Below are positions 1 to 9,676 of a stretch of DNA of 64,000 nucleotides, piece by piece. The stretch covers positions 539,619 through 603,618 of the forward strand of contig CAWABV010000008.1 of assembly GCA_963780375.1 (NCBI GenBank), given 5' to 3'. A program made the translations under genes and the position numbers. The notes under the pieces are model-generated. The model had not been told where the DNA came from and ran no database searches. It saw nothing but the letters and a program-made list of their open reading frames with translations. Source of the stretch: an uncultured Chloroflexia bacterium. GTDB taxonomy: Bacteria > Chloroflexota > Limnocylindria > Limnocylindrales > CSP1-4. Numbering within the stretch: the stretch's first letter is position 1; each line of letters opens with the position of its first letter.

Positions 1-123
1 CCGAGGGCCACGTCGGCGCCGGCATCCGCGAGGGCGAGGGCGATGGCCCTACCCAGCCCACGCGCCGCGCCCGTGACCAGCGCAGTCTGTCCGTTCAGCG
101 CGAAGCTCGGAAATCCCTCCATG
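1..123 (-). CDS. SDR-family oxidoreductase, N-terminal fragment (gene continues beyond the window start)
   Basis: Reverse-complement of 1..123 translates MEGFPSFALNGQTALVTGAARGLGRAIALALADAGADVAL, the classic TGxxxGxG Rossmann N-terminus of short-chain dehydrogenases. Confidence 0.55.
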
Positions 124-232
124 CGACCTGGTCCCTCCCCGGCCGGCGGATGTGATTTGGAGCGCTATCCGCCACGCTTATCGATTGCGCTTAACGTTTG
201 CACCTTCCGGTCAGGAAGGATATATGCCCGCC

Positions 233-1468
233 TCAAGGAGGCGTCAATGGTGGATGTTCGCGGAGACGCACGCGCTCCGGGCCGAGCTCCGCGACGCTGC
301 GCACGCCGAGGAGCTGCATCGTCCGGACCAGTTCCGTGCGCAGGATGTCAGCCGCGCGGTCGACCCCGCGCTCACCACCGGCCATCAGGCCGTACAGGTA
401 AGCCCGCCCGACGAGCGCCGCACGCGCCCCGCTCGCGATGGCTGCGACGATATCGGCACCGTTGAGGATCCCGCCGTCGATATAGACCTCGGCTCGATCA
501 CCGACCGCCGCGACGATGGCCGGCAGCTGCTCAAGGGGGGTCGGCGCGCGGTCGAGCTGTCGACCACCGTGGTTCGAGATGACGATCGCGTCGGCGCCGG
601 CATCGACGACGAGACAGGCATCCTCGACGGTCTGGATGCCCTTGACGACGATCGGGCCGTCCCAGTCGTCGCGTATCCAGGCAAGGTCGCCGATCGTGAT
701 GGTGGGGTCGAAGACCCGGTTGATGAGGTCGGCGACGGTGCCTTCCGTCTCCGTGAACACCGCGAAGCGGAGCGGCTCGGTCGTCAGCAGGTTGAACCAC
801 CAGCCCGGGTGGAGGGCGATATCGAGGACGGTCCTCACCGACAGGGTCGGCGGGATGGTGAAACCGTTGTGGACGTCTCGCAACCGCGCCCCTGCGACCG
901 GTGTGTCAACGGTCAGGATCAGCGCACGGAACCCCGAGGCCCGGGCGCGACGGATGAGCTCGCGCACGGCGTCGCGGTCGTTCCAGATGTAGAGCTGGAA
1001 CCATCGGACGGTATCCGGTGCAGCGGCGGCAAGATCCTCGGGCGACGTCGTCCCGAGCGTCGAGAGGGCGTACGGGATGCCGAGCCGGCCCGCGACCCGA
1101 CCGACGGCCGGCTCGCCGTCGTGGTGCATGAGCCGTGTGAACCCTGTGGGGGCGAAGACGAGCGGGAGCGCCGACGGTCGACCCAGGATCGTCGTCGTGG
1201 TGTCGACCTGGGACACGTCACGGAGGACGCTCGGGACGAATTCGACCCGGGCATAGGCATCGCGCGACCGCTGAAGGCTGGTCTCGGACTCGGCGGCACC
1301 GTCGGTGTAGTCGAAGACGGCGCGCGGAACGTGCCGGTGTGCGACAGACCGCAGGTCCCAGACCGTGGCCGCCGACGCGAGCCGCCGCTCGACGGGCGAA
1401 AGGCGGATCGGCCCCGTCCGGAGATACGGCCGAAGCTCGTGCCAGCGGGGGACGCGACGACGCACCAC
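233..1468 (-). CDS. FMN-dependent alpha-hydroxy acid dehydrogenase (L-lactate dehydrogenase / lactate oxidase family)
   Basis: ORF 233..1558 trimmed to an in-frame GTG (VVRRRVPRW...). Carries the motifs FDYTDGAAESE, ILTVDTPVAGARLRD, VVKGIQTVEDA and ISNHGGRQLD typical of the FMN glycolate-oxidase/LldD family. The antisense 481-aa ORF 152..1597 is R/P-rich junk. Confidence 0.8.
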   Translation of the reverse strand: MVRRRVPRWHELRPYLRTGPIRLSPVERRLASAATVWDLRSVAHRHVPRAVFDYTDGAAESETSLQRSRDAYARVEFVPSVLRDVSQVDTTTTILGRPSALPLVFAPTGFTRLMHHDGEPAVGRVAGRLGIPYALSTLGTTSPEDLAAAAPDTVRWFQLYIWNDRDAVRELIRRARASGFRALILTVDTPVAGARLRDVHNGFTIPPTLSVRTVLDIALHPGWWFNLLTTEPLRFAVFTETEGTVADLINRVFDPTITIGDLAWIRDDWDGPIVVKGIQTVEDACLVVDAGADAIVISNHGGRQLDRAPTPLEQLPAIVAAVGDRAEVYIDGGILNGADIVAAIASGARAALVGRAYLYGLMAGGERGVDRAADILRTELVRTMQLLGVRSVAELGPERVRLREHPPLTPP

Positions 1469-1472
1469 CTCG

Positions 1473-2918
1473 CTAGCCCACCACGCCGCTGGATCGGGCC
1501 TCGGGTTCGTGGATCCGGACGTCCTGGGTTCGCCGCACCAACGCGCGAAGCGTCTCAAGGTCGCCGTCGATCAGACCGTGCGCCCGCCCCTGGATAAGGA
1601 CGTTCCCGATCGCGGTCGCCTCCACGGGGCCCGCGATGACCGGCAGTCCGCAGGCGTCCGCGGTCAGCTGACATAGCGGTACGTTCAACGAGCCACCGCC
1701 GACGATGTGGACGGCGGTCACGGTGTGCCCCGATAGCCGCTTGGCGTCGGCGATCGCCCGGGCATACGCGTCGGCCAGGCTGTCCAGGATGCAACGGACC
1801 AACGCCGGTCGAGATGGCGGCACATCCTGATCCGTCCGCCGGCAGGCATCCTCGATGCGGCGCGGCATGTCACCGGGCGGTAGGAAGGAGGGGTCGTCAG
1901 GGTCGATCAACGGGCCGCCGGCCGGCAGTGCGGACGCCGCGTCGAGCAGTCGCGCCAGGTCCTCCGGCGTCCCCGCCCGTTCCCACTCGCGCAGCGATTC
2001 CTGGAGCAGCCAGAGACCCATCACGTTCCGCAGGAATCGGACGCGGCCGTCCACGCCGGCTTCGTTGGTGAAGTTCGCGACCCGACTCGCCTCGGAGAGG
2101 ATGGGCTCATCGAGCTCGAGGCCGACGAGCGACCATGTCCCGCTCGAGATGTACGCGAACCGCTCATCCGACGCCGGGACCGCGACGACGGCCGACGCGG
2201 TGTCGTGCGACCCGACGAGCGTGACCGACGTCTCGTTCGGGAGCCCGGTCGAGGCGGACACGTCGGGCCGGATCGGACCGAGGTCATCGCCGGGATCGCG
2301 CAGCGGCGGGAAGAGCTCGCTCGGGATGCTCAGGTCCTCGATGAGGTCCCACGCCCACTCACGGGTCCGCGGATCGACCAGGCCGGTCGTCGAGGCGTTC
2401 GTCCGTTCGGCGGTCATCGTTCCGCTGAGCCAGTACGCGAACAGGTCGGGCATCAGCAGGAATCGCTTCGCTCCGGCGAAGGACGCGGATATCCGGGCTG
2501 CGGCAAGCTGGTACAGCGTGTTGAACGGCAGGAACTGGAGGCCGTTCCGCGGATACAGCGCCTCGCGCGCGATCCGGGCATCGACGGCCTCGACGCCGCG
2601 CTCGTGACGCCGGTCGCGATAGTGGACGGGGGCCCCGATGAGCGTGCCGTCAGCATCGAGCAGCCCACCGTCCACGCCCCACGTATCGACGCCGATGCTG
2701 ATGGGGCCGGCACCGCTTCGGGCGGCGGTGCGGAGCCCGCTGATGATCTCCTGATACAGCCGGATGGCGTCCCAGCGGAGACCCTCCGGCAGCTCGACGG
2801 GTTCGTTCGGGAAGCGATGGACCTCCTCGAGCCGGAGCGCGTCCGTCCCGACGTGTCCGAGGATGACGCGCCCGCTCGACGCGCCGAGATCGATCGCGGC
2901 AACGGTGCCAGCGCTCAC
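1473..2918 (-). CDS. rhaB: rhamnulokinase (FGGY carbohydrate kinase)
   Basis: 481 aa, N-term AIDLGASSGRV with FGGY kinase core. GTG start overlaps the rhaEW stop (GTGA). Sits inside a rhamnose gene cluster. Confidence 0.85.
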   Translation of the reverse strand: MSAGTVAAIDLGASSGRVILGHVGTDALRLEEVHRFPNEPVELPEGLRWDAIRLYQEIISGLRTAARSGAGPISIGVDTWGVDGGLLDADGTLIGAPVHYRDRRHERGVEAVDARIAREALYPRNGLQFLPFNTLYQLAAARISASFAGAKRFLLMPDLFAYWLSGTMTAERTNASTTGLVDPRTREWAWDLIEDLSIPSELFPPLRDPGDDLGPIRPDVSASTGLPNETSVTLVGSHDTASAVVAVPASDERFAYISSGTWSLVGLELDEPILSEASRVANFTNEAGVDGRVRFLRNVMGLWLLQESLREWERAGTPEDLARLLDAASALPAGGPLIDPDDPSFLPPGDMPRRIEDACRRTDQDVPPSRPALVRCILDSLADAYARAIADAKRLSGHTVTAVHIVGGGSLNVPLCQLTADACGLPVIAGPVEATAIGNVLIQGRAHGLIDGDLETLRALVRRTQDVRIHEPEARSSGVVG

Positions 2919-5020
2919 CTGAGGAATGCGGCCGCGACTCCGGCGTCGACCGGGATATGGAGCCCGGTCGTCTGCGACAGGTCGCCGCCGACCAGGGCGA
3001 AGACGGCGGCCGCGACATGCTCCGGGAGGACTTCCTTCTTCAGGAGGGTGCGCTGCGCGTAGAACTCACCGAGCTTGTCCTCTGGCACCCCATACGTCCG
3101 CGCACGGTCGGCTCCCCAGCCCTTGGCGAAGATCCCGGACCCGCGGACGACACCGTCCGGGTTCACACCGTTCACGCGGATCCCGAACTCACCGAGCTCT
3201 GCGGCGAGGAGGCGGACCTGGTGCGCCTGGTCGGCCTTCGACGACCCGTACGCAACGTTGTTCGGACCGGCGAAGAGCGCGTTCTTGCTGACGATGTAGA
3301 CGAGGTCGCCGCCGAGGCCCTGGACGCGCATGACCCGCGCCGCCTCCCGCGAGACGAGGAACGAACCACGCGCCATGACGTCGTGCTGGAGGTCCCAGTC
3401 CTCGACCGTCGTCTCGAACAATGACTTGGAGATCGATAGCCCCGCGTTGTTCACGACGATATCGACTCCACCGAAGGCCAGCGTGGCGTCGCGGAACGCC
3501 GCCTCGACCTGCCCCTGGTCCGTCACGTCACACGACAGGCCGACGGCGACATCCGGCCCCCCGATCTCGCGCGCGACCGTCTCCGCGCTCACGCCATCGA
3601 TGTCGGCGACGACGACGCAAGCCCCCTCGGCGGCGAGACGGTGCGCGATCGCTCGCCCGATGCCCGACCCGGCACCGGTCACCAAAGCGATCCGGGTCGC
3701 CAGCGGCTTCGGCTTCGGTAGGCGCGCGAGCTTCGCCTCCTCGAGGGCCCAGTATTCGATCCGGAACTTCTCCGCCTCCGGGATCGGCGCGTACGTCGAC
3801 AGCGCCTCGGCCCCGCGCATCACGTTGATGGCGTTGACGTAGAACTCGCCCGCGACGCGCGCCGTGGCCTTGTCGCCACCGAAGCTGAACATCCCGACGC
3901 CGGGAACCAGCACGATGGCCGGGTCGGCGCCGCGCATCGGCGGGCTGTCCGGCGTGGCGTGCCGTTCGTAATAGGCCCGATAGTCGTCTCGATACGCGGC
4001 ATGCAGCTCGCGGAGACGAGCCTCGACGTCACCGAGCGGGGCGTTCGGCCCGACGTCGACCACCAGTGGGCGGACCTTTGTTCGGAGGAAGTGGTCCGGG
4101 CAGGAGGTTCCGAGCGCAGCGAGACGTGGCATCGATCCGCGGGCGACAAAGTCGAGGACGACCTCGGTGTCGGTGTAGTGGCCCACCTGCGGGCGGTCCG
4201 TCGATGCGAGGCCGCGGATCAAGGGCAGGAGCGCCGCGGCGCGCTCTCGGCGACGGTCGTCGGGTAGGGGCTCGCGCCCGGCGATCACGGGCCCGAACGG
4301 ATCCGGCCGACCGTGCTCGTCGATGTAGGCCTCGGCCCGGCGGATGATCTCGAGCGAGTTCGCTTCGCAGGCATCCGAGGTGTCGCCCCAGGCCGTGATG
4401 CCGTGTCCGGCGAGGATCGTCCCGATCGCGTCCGGGTGGTCACGGCGGATGGCCGCGAGATCAAGACCGAGCTGGAAGCCTGGGCGCCGCCACGGCACCC
4501 ATACCACGCGATCACCGAAGGACGCCCGCGTCAGTGCCTCGCCGTCCGCCGCGGTCGCGAAGGCGATCCCGGAGTCCGGGTGGAGGTGGTCCACGTGCGC
4601 GGCGTCCACGAGGCCATGCATCGCCGTGTCGATGGATGGGGCAGCCCCTTCGCGCCCGAACAGACAATGGTCGAAGGCGGCGACCATCTCGTCTTCGCGC
4701 TCGACACCCGGATAGACCTCGACCAGGCTGCGGATCCGCTCCAGTCGCAGAACCGCCAGGCCCGTCTCCGTGAGCGTGCCGAGATCGCCGCCCGACCCCT
4801 TGACCCACAGGAGCTCGACCGCCCGGCCGGTCACCGGATCCGTCGCCGCTCCCTTCGCCGATGTGTTGCCGCCGGCGTAGTTGGTGTTTCGGCGATCCGC
4901 GCCGAGCCGCCGCGATCGAGCGATCAGCTCGTCGACGACCGGAAGTGACGGCCGCCCGGGCTCGGAGGAGGTGAGCCCGGGCGGCGTTGGGCTGGTGGCG
5001 TCAGTGCGGGTATCGCTCAT
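2915..5020 (-). CDS. rhaEW: bifunctional rhamnulose-1-phosphate aldolase / lactaldehyde dehydrogenase (class II aldolase domain fused to SDR domain)
   Basis: N-terminal aldolase-like domain plus C-terminal SDR (LVTGAGSGIGRAIA...NNAG...YGSSKA). Start set at the ATG giving MSDTRTD, because the upstream TTG-started extension (MKSNETC...) lies in AT-rich promoter-like DNA. Confidence 0.85.
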   Translation of the reverse strand: MSDTRTDATSPTPPGLTSSEPGRPSLPVVDELIARSRRLGADRRNTNYAGGNTSAKGAATDPVTGRAVELLWVKGSGGDLGTLTETGLAVLRLERIRSLVEVYPGVEREDEMVAAFDHCLFGREGAAPSIDTAMHGLVDAAHVDHLHPDSGIAFATAADGEALTRASFGDRVVWVPWRRPGFQLGLDLAAIRRDHPDAIGTILAGHGITAWGDTSDACEANSLEIIRRAEAYIDEHGRPDPFGPVIAGREPLPDDRRRERAAALLPLIRGLASTDRPQVGHYTDTEVVLDFVARGSMPRLAALGTSCPDHFLRTKVRPLVVDVGPNAPLGDVEARLRELHAAYRDDYRAYYERHATPDSPPMRGADPAIVLVPGVGMFSFGGDKATARVAGEFYVNAINVMRGAEALSTYAPIPEAEKFRIEYWALEEAKLARLPKPKPLATRIALVTGAGSGIGRAIAHRLAAEGACVVVADIDGVSAETVAREIGGPDVAVGLSCDVTDQGQVEAAFRDATLAFGGVDIVVNNAGLSISKSLFETTVEDWDLQHDVMARGSFLVSREAARVMRVQGLGGDLVYIVSKNALFAGPNNVAYGSSKADQAHQVRLLAAELGEFGIRVNGVNPDGVVRGSGIFAKGWGADRARTYGVPEDKLGEFYAQRTLLKKEVLPEHVAAAVFALVGGDLSQTTGLHIPVDAGVAAAFLR

Positions 5021-5084
5021 CGCGCTGGCAGCGTACTCCGGGTTGGCGCCCCGGATCGGGTTGGCACGGGTTAGCGTGGCACAG

Positions 5085-5140
5085 GTTTCGTTTGATTTCA
5101 ACTACCTTCTTGACATTGCGAACGGTGGTCATCTAACGTC
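5085..5140 (+). promoter_or_regulatory. AT-rich divergent intergenic region with a TTGACA -35-like hexamer between rhaEW and the DeoR gene
   Basis: cttgacattgcgaacggtggtcatctaacg stands out against about 70% GC surroundings. A likely promoter/operator region for the DeoR regulator and/or the rhaEW-rhaB operon. Confidence 0.3.
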
Positions 5141-5190
5141 GCGTGTCGGAACAGGTCGAAACACCTCCCCACGAGAGATGGCCGCCGCCG

Positions 5191-6039
5191 ATGGACCCCC
5201 GGCCCGAGCCCCGTGCCCCATTCGCATCCGAACGCCAGCAGCTGATCGCCCGGCTGGTCCAGGAACACGGCCGAGCCCGTGTGGGTGACCTCGCCACGCG
5301 GTTCGGCGTCTCCTCGGTGACCATCCGCAAGGACCTCCAGGTCCTCGAGAGCGAGGGCCGGCTGATCCGGGCACACGGCGGTGCGATCGCCGCGGCCGGC
5401 AACCGGCCGGAGAGCTCGTTCGAGGTTCGGGAGCGACTTCGTCCGGACAGCAAGGACCGTATCGGCCGGCTGGCCGCGAGCATGGTGATCGATGGTGAGA
5501 GCATCGCCTTCGACGCCAGCACGACGGCGCTCGCCGTCGCGCGGCACCTTCGCCAGCGCAGCGGCTGGGTCCACCTCACCGTCATCACGAACGGGCTTCG
5601 GATCGCCCAGGAGTTGGCCGGTATCCCGGGCATCACGGTCGCGATGCCGGGCGGCTTCGTCCGCTGGGAGGCCCTCTCGGTCGTGGGGCCACTCGGGGAC
5701 GGCCTGTTCCGCAAGGTCAATGTCCAGAAGGCATTCCTCGGGGCGGCCGGGTTCAGCCTGGAGTCTGGGCTGAGCGACGCGACAGAGGAGGAGGCGCAGA
5801 TCAAGCGATCGATGGCCGATGCCGCCCAGGAGGTCATCGGGATCGTCGACAGCTCGAAGTGGGGCCGCTCGGCGTTCGCCACCTTCTGCCGGTTGTCGGA
5901 CCTGTCGGCCGTCATCGCCGACGACGCCGCGCCTGCACCCACCGTGGCCACGCTCCGGTCTCGCGGGATCGAGGTCCACATCGCGGGCGCACTCGACGAG
6001 AGCGCGACCGCCGACACGGCGTCGTGGGTGGAGCGATGA
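5191..6039 (+). CDS. DeoR-family transcriptional regulator (likely rhamnose operon repressor)
   Basis: HTH motif VGDLATRFGVSSVTIRKDL followed by a DeoR C-terminal sugar-phosphate sensor domain. Start could also be the GTG at 5143. Confidence 0.75.
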   Translation: MDPRPEPRAPFASERQQLIARLVQEHGRARVGDLATRFGVSSVTIRKDLQVLESEGRLIRAHGGAIAAAGNRPESSFEVRERLRPDSKDRIGRLAASMVIDGESIAFDASTTALAVARHLRQRSGWVHLTVITNGLRIAQELAGIPGITVAMPGGFVRWEALSVVGPLGDGLFRKVNVQKAFLGAAGFSLESGLSDATEEEAQIKRSMADAAQEVIGIVDSSKWGRSAFATFCRLSDLSAVIADDAAPAPTVATLRSRGIEVHIAGALDESATADTASWVER

Positions 6040-7604
6040 CGATCGCCGAACCGGTCGCCGTCCCGGCGCGCGCGGCGTTGACCGGCGTCTCGATGCGGTT
6101 CGGGGCGACCCAGGCGCTCGACGACGTCTCGCTCGAGCTCCGGCCCGGTGAGATCCACGGGCTGGTCGGCGAGAACGGTGCCGGCAAGAGCACGCTCGTC
6201 AAGATCCTCGCCGGGGTCCACCAGCCGGATGCCGGCGAGATCGTCCTGGACGGAGAGCCGGTCACGCTCCACGGCCCGGCACAGGCCCGCGCGCTCGGCA
6301 TCGCGGTCGTCCACCAGGAGCCGAGGCTGTTCCCCGACCTGACGGTCGCGGAGAACGTGTTCCTGGGTCATGCGCCGCAGGGCGCGCTCGGCACGATCGA
6401 CTGGAGCGCGATGCGCCGCGCATCGTCCGAGATCTTCGCCGGACTCGGCGTTCGCATGGACCCCGGCGCGATCGTGCGTGGCCTGTCGATGGCCGACCAG
6501 CAGCTCATCGAGATCGCGAAGTCGCTGTCGATCGAGGCGCGCGTCCTCATCCTCGACGAACCGACAGCGTCGCTGTCCGCGCACGAGGTCGAGCGCCTCT
6601 TCGCGATCGTCCGCCAGACCCGCGCTCGTGGCGTCGCCGTGCTCTTCGTCAGCCATCGTCTCGACGAGGTGTTCGAGCTGTGCGATCGCGCGACCGTGCT
6701 CCGCGACGGGAAACATGTCGTGACGGCGGCGACGAAGGACCTGACGCCGGCCGATCTGATCCGGCACATGGTCGGCCGGGCCGTGACGCTCTTCCCGAAG
6801 GTCGAGTCGCCGATCGGGGACGTCCTGCTCCAGGTCGACGGCCTGTCGCGGGGCGACGCGTTCCGCGACGTCAGCTTCGCGGTCCGGGCCGGCGAGATCC
6901 TCGGATTCGCGGGTCTGGTCGGCGCCGGGCGGACCGAGGTCGCGCGCGTACTGTTCGGAGTCGACCATGCCGACGCCGGCGAGATCCGGCTGGGTGGCGA
7001 GGTCGTGGCGTTCAGCAGCCCGTCTGCAGCGCTCGCTGCTGGGATGGCCTACGTCCCCGAGGACCGGCACCAGGACGGCCTGGTTCTGGACTTCCCGATC
7101 GCCGCGAACGTGACGCTGCCCATCCTTCCGCGACTCTTTCCGCGGTTGCTGATACGGCCGGCGGCCGAACGGAGGATCGGTAGCCGCTACATCGAGCAGC
7201 TTCGGATCCGCGCCACCGGCGTCGACCAGCTTGCGAGCGCCCTGTCGGGTGGCAACCAGCAGAAGGTCGTGCTCGGCAAGTGGCTGGCCTCCGAGCCGCG
7301 CGTGCTGATCCTCGACGAGCCGACGCGCGGGATCGATATCGGCGCCAAAGTCGAGGTCCATCGGATCATCTCGGAGCTCGCCGCATCCGGCCTCGCGATC
7401 ATCCTCATCTCGAGCGACCTGCCCGAGGTCCTCGCGATGTCGGACCGCATCCTCGTCCTGCACGAGGGTTCGGTCACCGCAGAGATCGCCCGCGCCGACG
7501 CGACCGAAGAAGCGGTCATGTTCGCCGCGACCGCGCAGAGCACGGCGCACGAGGTCGCGAACGGTACGCCGCCGACCGCCCCTGTGGAGCCGACTGGTGT
7601 CTGA
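6036..7604 (+). CDS. rhaT: sugar ABC transporter ATP-binding protein with two fused ATPase domains (RhaT/RbsA-like, CUT2 family)
   Basis: Two Walker A motifs (GENGAGKST and GLVGAGRTE) and two LSGG signatures. ATG overlaps the DeoR stop (ATGA). Confidence 0.85.
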   Translation: MTIAEPVAVPARAALTGVSMRFGATQALDDVSLELRPGEIHGLVGENGAGKSTLVKILAGVHQPDAGEIVLDGEPVTLHGPAQARALGIAVVHQEPRLFPDLTVAENVFLGHAPQGALGTIDWSAMRRASSEIFAGLGVRMDPGAIVRGLSMADQQLIEIAKSLSIEARVLILDEPTASLSAHEVERLFAIVRQTRARGVAVLFVSHRLDEVFELCDRATVLRDGKHVVTAATKDLTPADLIRHMVGRAVTLFPKVESPIGDVLLQVDGLSRGDAFRDVSFAVRAGEILGFAGLVGAGRTEVARVLFGVDHADAGEIRLGGEVVAFSSPSAALAAGMAYVPEDRHQDGLVLDFPIAANVTLPILPRLFPRLLIRPAAERRIGSRYIEQLRIRATGVDQLASALSGGNQQKVVLGKWLASEPRVLILDEPTRGIDIGAKVEVHRIISELAASGLAIILISSDLPEVLAMSDRILVLHEGSVTAEIARADATEEAVMFAATAQSTAHEVANGTPPTAPVEPTGV

Positions 7605-8625
7605 CGTCGCGGCCGTCGCGCCCGGATCGACGACCAGCCCGGTAAGCCGGCTGCTCGGTGCCGCCGCCCGGCAACGCGAGCTCAGCCTGTTGCTGGTCCT
7701 GCTGGTGATGGGTGCGCTCGTGGCGATCCGCGCCCCGCAGGTGCTGTCGGCTACGAACCTGACCGACGTCTCGGTGCTGGCGGCGATCATCGCGATCGCC
7801 GCGGTCGGCGAGGCGATGGTGGTCATCACCCGCAACGTCGACCTGTCGGTCGAGGCGGTGATCGGCCTGGTCGCCTTCGCGGTCGCCTCGGTCCTCGCCA
7901 ACCATCTGCTGCCCACCCCCGCCGCGATGGCCTTCGGGATCGGTCTGGGGCTCGTGCTCGGCATGATCAACGGGATCGTGGTCGCGGTCTTCCGCGTCCC
8001 ATCTATCGTCGCGACGCTCGGCACGCTGAGCGTCTACCGCGGCATCGACTTCCTGCTCGCCGGCGGCAAGCAGGTCACCCTGACGGGGCTGCCAGAGGGC
8101 TACACGAACGCCGCTCGGGCGACCGTGATCGGGATCCCCGTCTTCGTGTTGATCGCGGTCGCGATCGTCGCCCTCTCTGCCGTCGTGCTGCGGCAGACGA
8201 GGTTCGGCCGTTCCGTCTACGCGGTCGGGAGCAACCCCGAGGCCGCCGAGATCCTCGGTATCCGGACCGGTCTTGTTACGTTCATCGTCTTCTCGGTCTG
8301 CGGGCTGCTGAGCGGCATCGCCGGCGTCTTGTGGGGGATCCTGTTCGGCACGATCAACGCGACAGCCGCGACCGGCGTGACGCTCCAGGTCGTCGCGGCC
8401 GTCGTCGTCGGTGGCGTCAATATCTTCGGCGGGTCCGGGACGGTGGTCGGGGCGGCGCTCGGCGCGCTGTTCCTCGGCTTCATCTCGAATGCCCTCATCC
8501 TCGTGCGCTTGTCGCAGTTCTGGCTCCAGGCGCTGTACGGCGTGGTGATCCTCGTCGCAGTCGCGTTGGATGCGTTCCTGCTGCGGCGGTTCCAGCGGTC
8601 GGCGGCCGCGAGGCGGCGACGATGA
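7597..8625 (+). CDS. rhaP: ABC transporter permease (RbsC-like, CUT2 family)
   Basis: Multi-TM protein with conserved RbsC-type motifs (GIDLSVEAVIGL, SIVATLGTLSVYRG). Confidence 0.8.
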   Translation: MSDVAAVAPGSTTSPVSRLLGAAARQRELSLLLVLLVMGALVAIRAPQVLSATNLTDVSVLAAIIAIAAVGEAMVVITRNVDLSVEAVIGLVAFAVASVLANHLLPTPAAMAFGIGLGLVLGMINGIVVAVFRVPSIVATLGTLSVYRGIDFLLAGGKQVTLTGLPEGYTNAARATVIGIPVFVLIAVAIVALSAVVLRQTRFGRSVYAVGSNPEAAEILGIRTGLVTFIVFSVCGLLSGIAGVLWGILFGTINATAATGVTLQVVAAVVVGGVNIFGGSGTVVGAALGALFLGFISNALILVRLSQFWLQALYGVVILVAVALDAFLLRRFQRSAAARRRR

Positions 8626-9659
8626 ACGGCGGCCTGCGGCGCTGGCTCGCCTCGCTCGGCCGCTGGGAGGTCCTCCTGCTGATCGTGCTGGTCGCGCTGA
8701 TCCTGTTCGGCTCGACCGTCTCCCATGTGTTCCTTTCGGGCCCCAACTTCTCGAACCTCATCTCAGCCGTCATCGAAGTCGCGATCATGTCGCTGCCGAT
8801 GGCCCTGATCATCATCGCCGGCGAGATCGATCTCTCGGTAGAGTCGATGCTCGGCCTGTCGGCCTCGATCCTCGGATACCTCTACGCGGCCGGCGTGCCG
8901 ATCGAGCTCGCCATCGTCGTCGTGCTGATCGTCGGCGCGTTGGGCGGGCTGCTCAACGGCTTCCTTGTGACTCGGATGGGCCTGCCATCGCTCGTCGTCA
9001 CGCTGGGCACACTCGCGCTGTACCGCGGGCTCGCGCTCGTGGTGCTCGAATCGCGCGGCATCAGCCAGTTCCCTACCTGGTTCACCACGTTCGGGTTCGG
9101 GACCGTGCCAGGGCTGCCGATCCCGTGGCCGTTCGTCATCTATCTCGGGATCGCGCTCGTTCTCGCGGTCCTGCTCCACGGCACGTGGATCGGGCGCGAG
9201 ATCTACGCCATCGGTAAGAACCAGGCGGCTTCGCGCTTCTCCGGCGTCCGCGTCGCCCGCTTCAAGCTTTGGCTGTTCGTGCTCTCGGGCACCGTGGCGG
9301 CGCTCGCCGGGGTGATCCTCACAGCCAGGATGGCCAGCGCCCGAGCGGACGTCGGCATCGGCCTGACGCTCGTGGTCATCACGATCGTGCTGCTCGGTGG
9401 CGTGGATATCTTCGGCGGCCGAGGCACCATCCCAGGCGTCGTCCTGGCGTTCTTCACGTTGGCCGTGCTCGGCAATGCGCTGCGGCTGACGAACGTGTCC
9501 TCCGACATCCAGAGCATCGTCGTCGGACTGCTGCTGATCGTGTCGGTGGTCATCCCCACTCTTGCTCGCCGGGTCAAGGAGGTTTACGACCGAGCTCAGG
9601 GAGGTCGGCGCATGCCGACCGGGTCGGTCGGAGGTCCTGGTGAAGTGGTCAGTCCCTGA
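8622..9659 (+). CDS. rhaQ: ABC transporter permease (second RbsC-like subunit)
   Basis: ATG at 8622 (MNGGLRRWLASLGRWEVLLLIVL...) overlaps the rhaP stop. RbsC-like TM pattern. Confidence 0.8.
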   Translation: MNGGLRRWLASLGRWEVLLLIVLVALILFGSTVSHVFLSGPNFSNLISAVIEVAIMSLPMALIIIAGEIDLSVESMLGLSASILGYLYAAGVPIELAIVVVLIVGALGGLLNGFLVTRMGLPSLVVTLGTLALYRGLALVVLESRGISQFPTWFTTFGFGTVPGLPIPWPFVIYLGIALVLAVLLHGTWIGREIYAIGKNQAASRFSGVRVARFKLWLFVLSGTVAALAGVILTARMASARADVGIGLTLVVITIVLLGGVDIFGGRGTIPGVVLAFFTLAVLGNALRLTNVSSDIQSIVVGLLLIVSVVIPTLARRVKEVYDRAQGGRRMPTGSVGGPGEVVSP

Positions 9660-9676
9660 ACAGAGGAGGACGTGCA

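Noticed and set aside
152-1597. 481-aa plus-strand ORF antisense to the FMN dehydrogenase gene
   Set aside because: Arg/Pro/Gly-rich low-complexity translation typical of antisense frames in high-GC DNA. The opposite strand encodes a clearly conserved enzyme.
5133-8024. 963-aa minus-strand ORF spanning the DeoR and ABC ATPase genes
   Set aside because: Antisense to two genes with strong family motifs. Composition is R/A/S-rich with no domain signatures.
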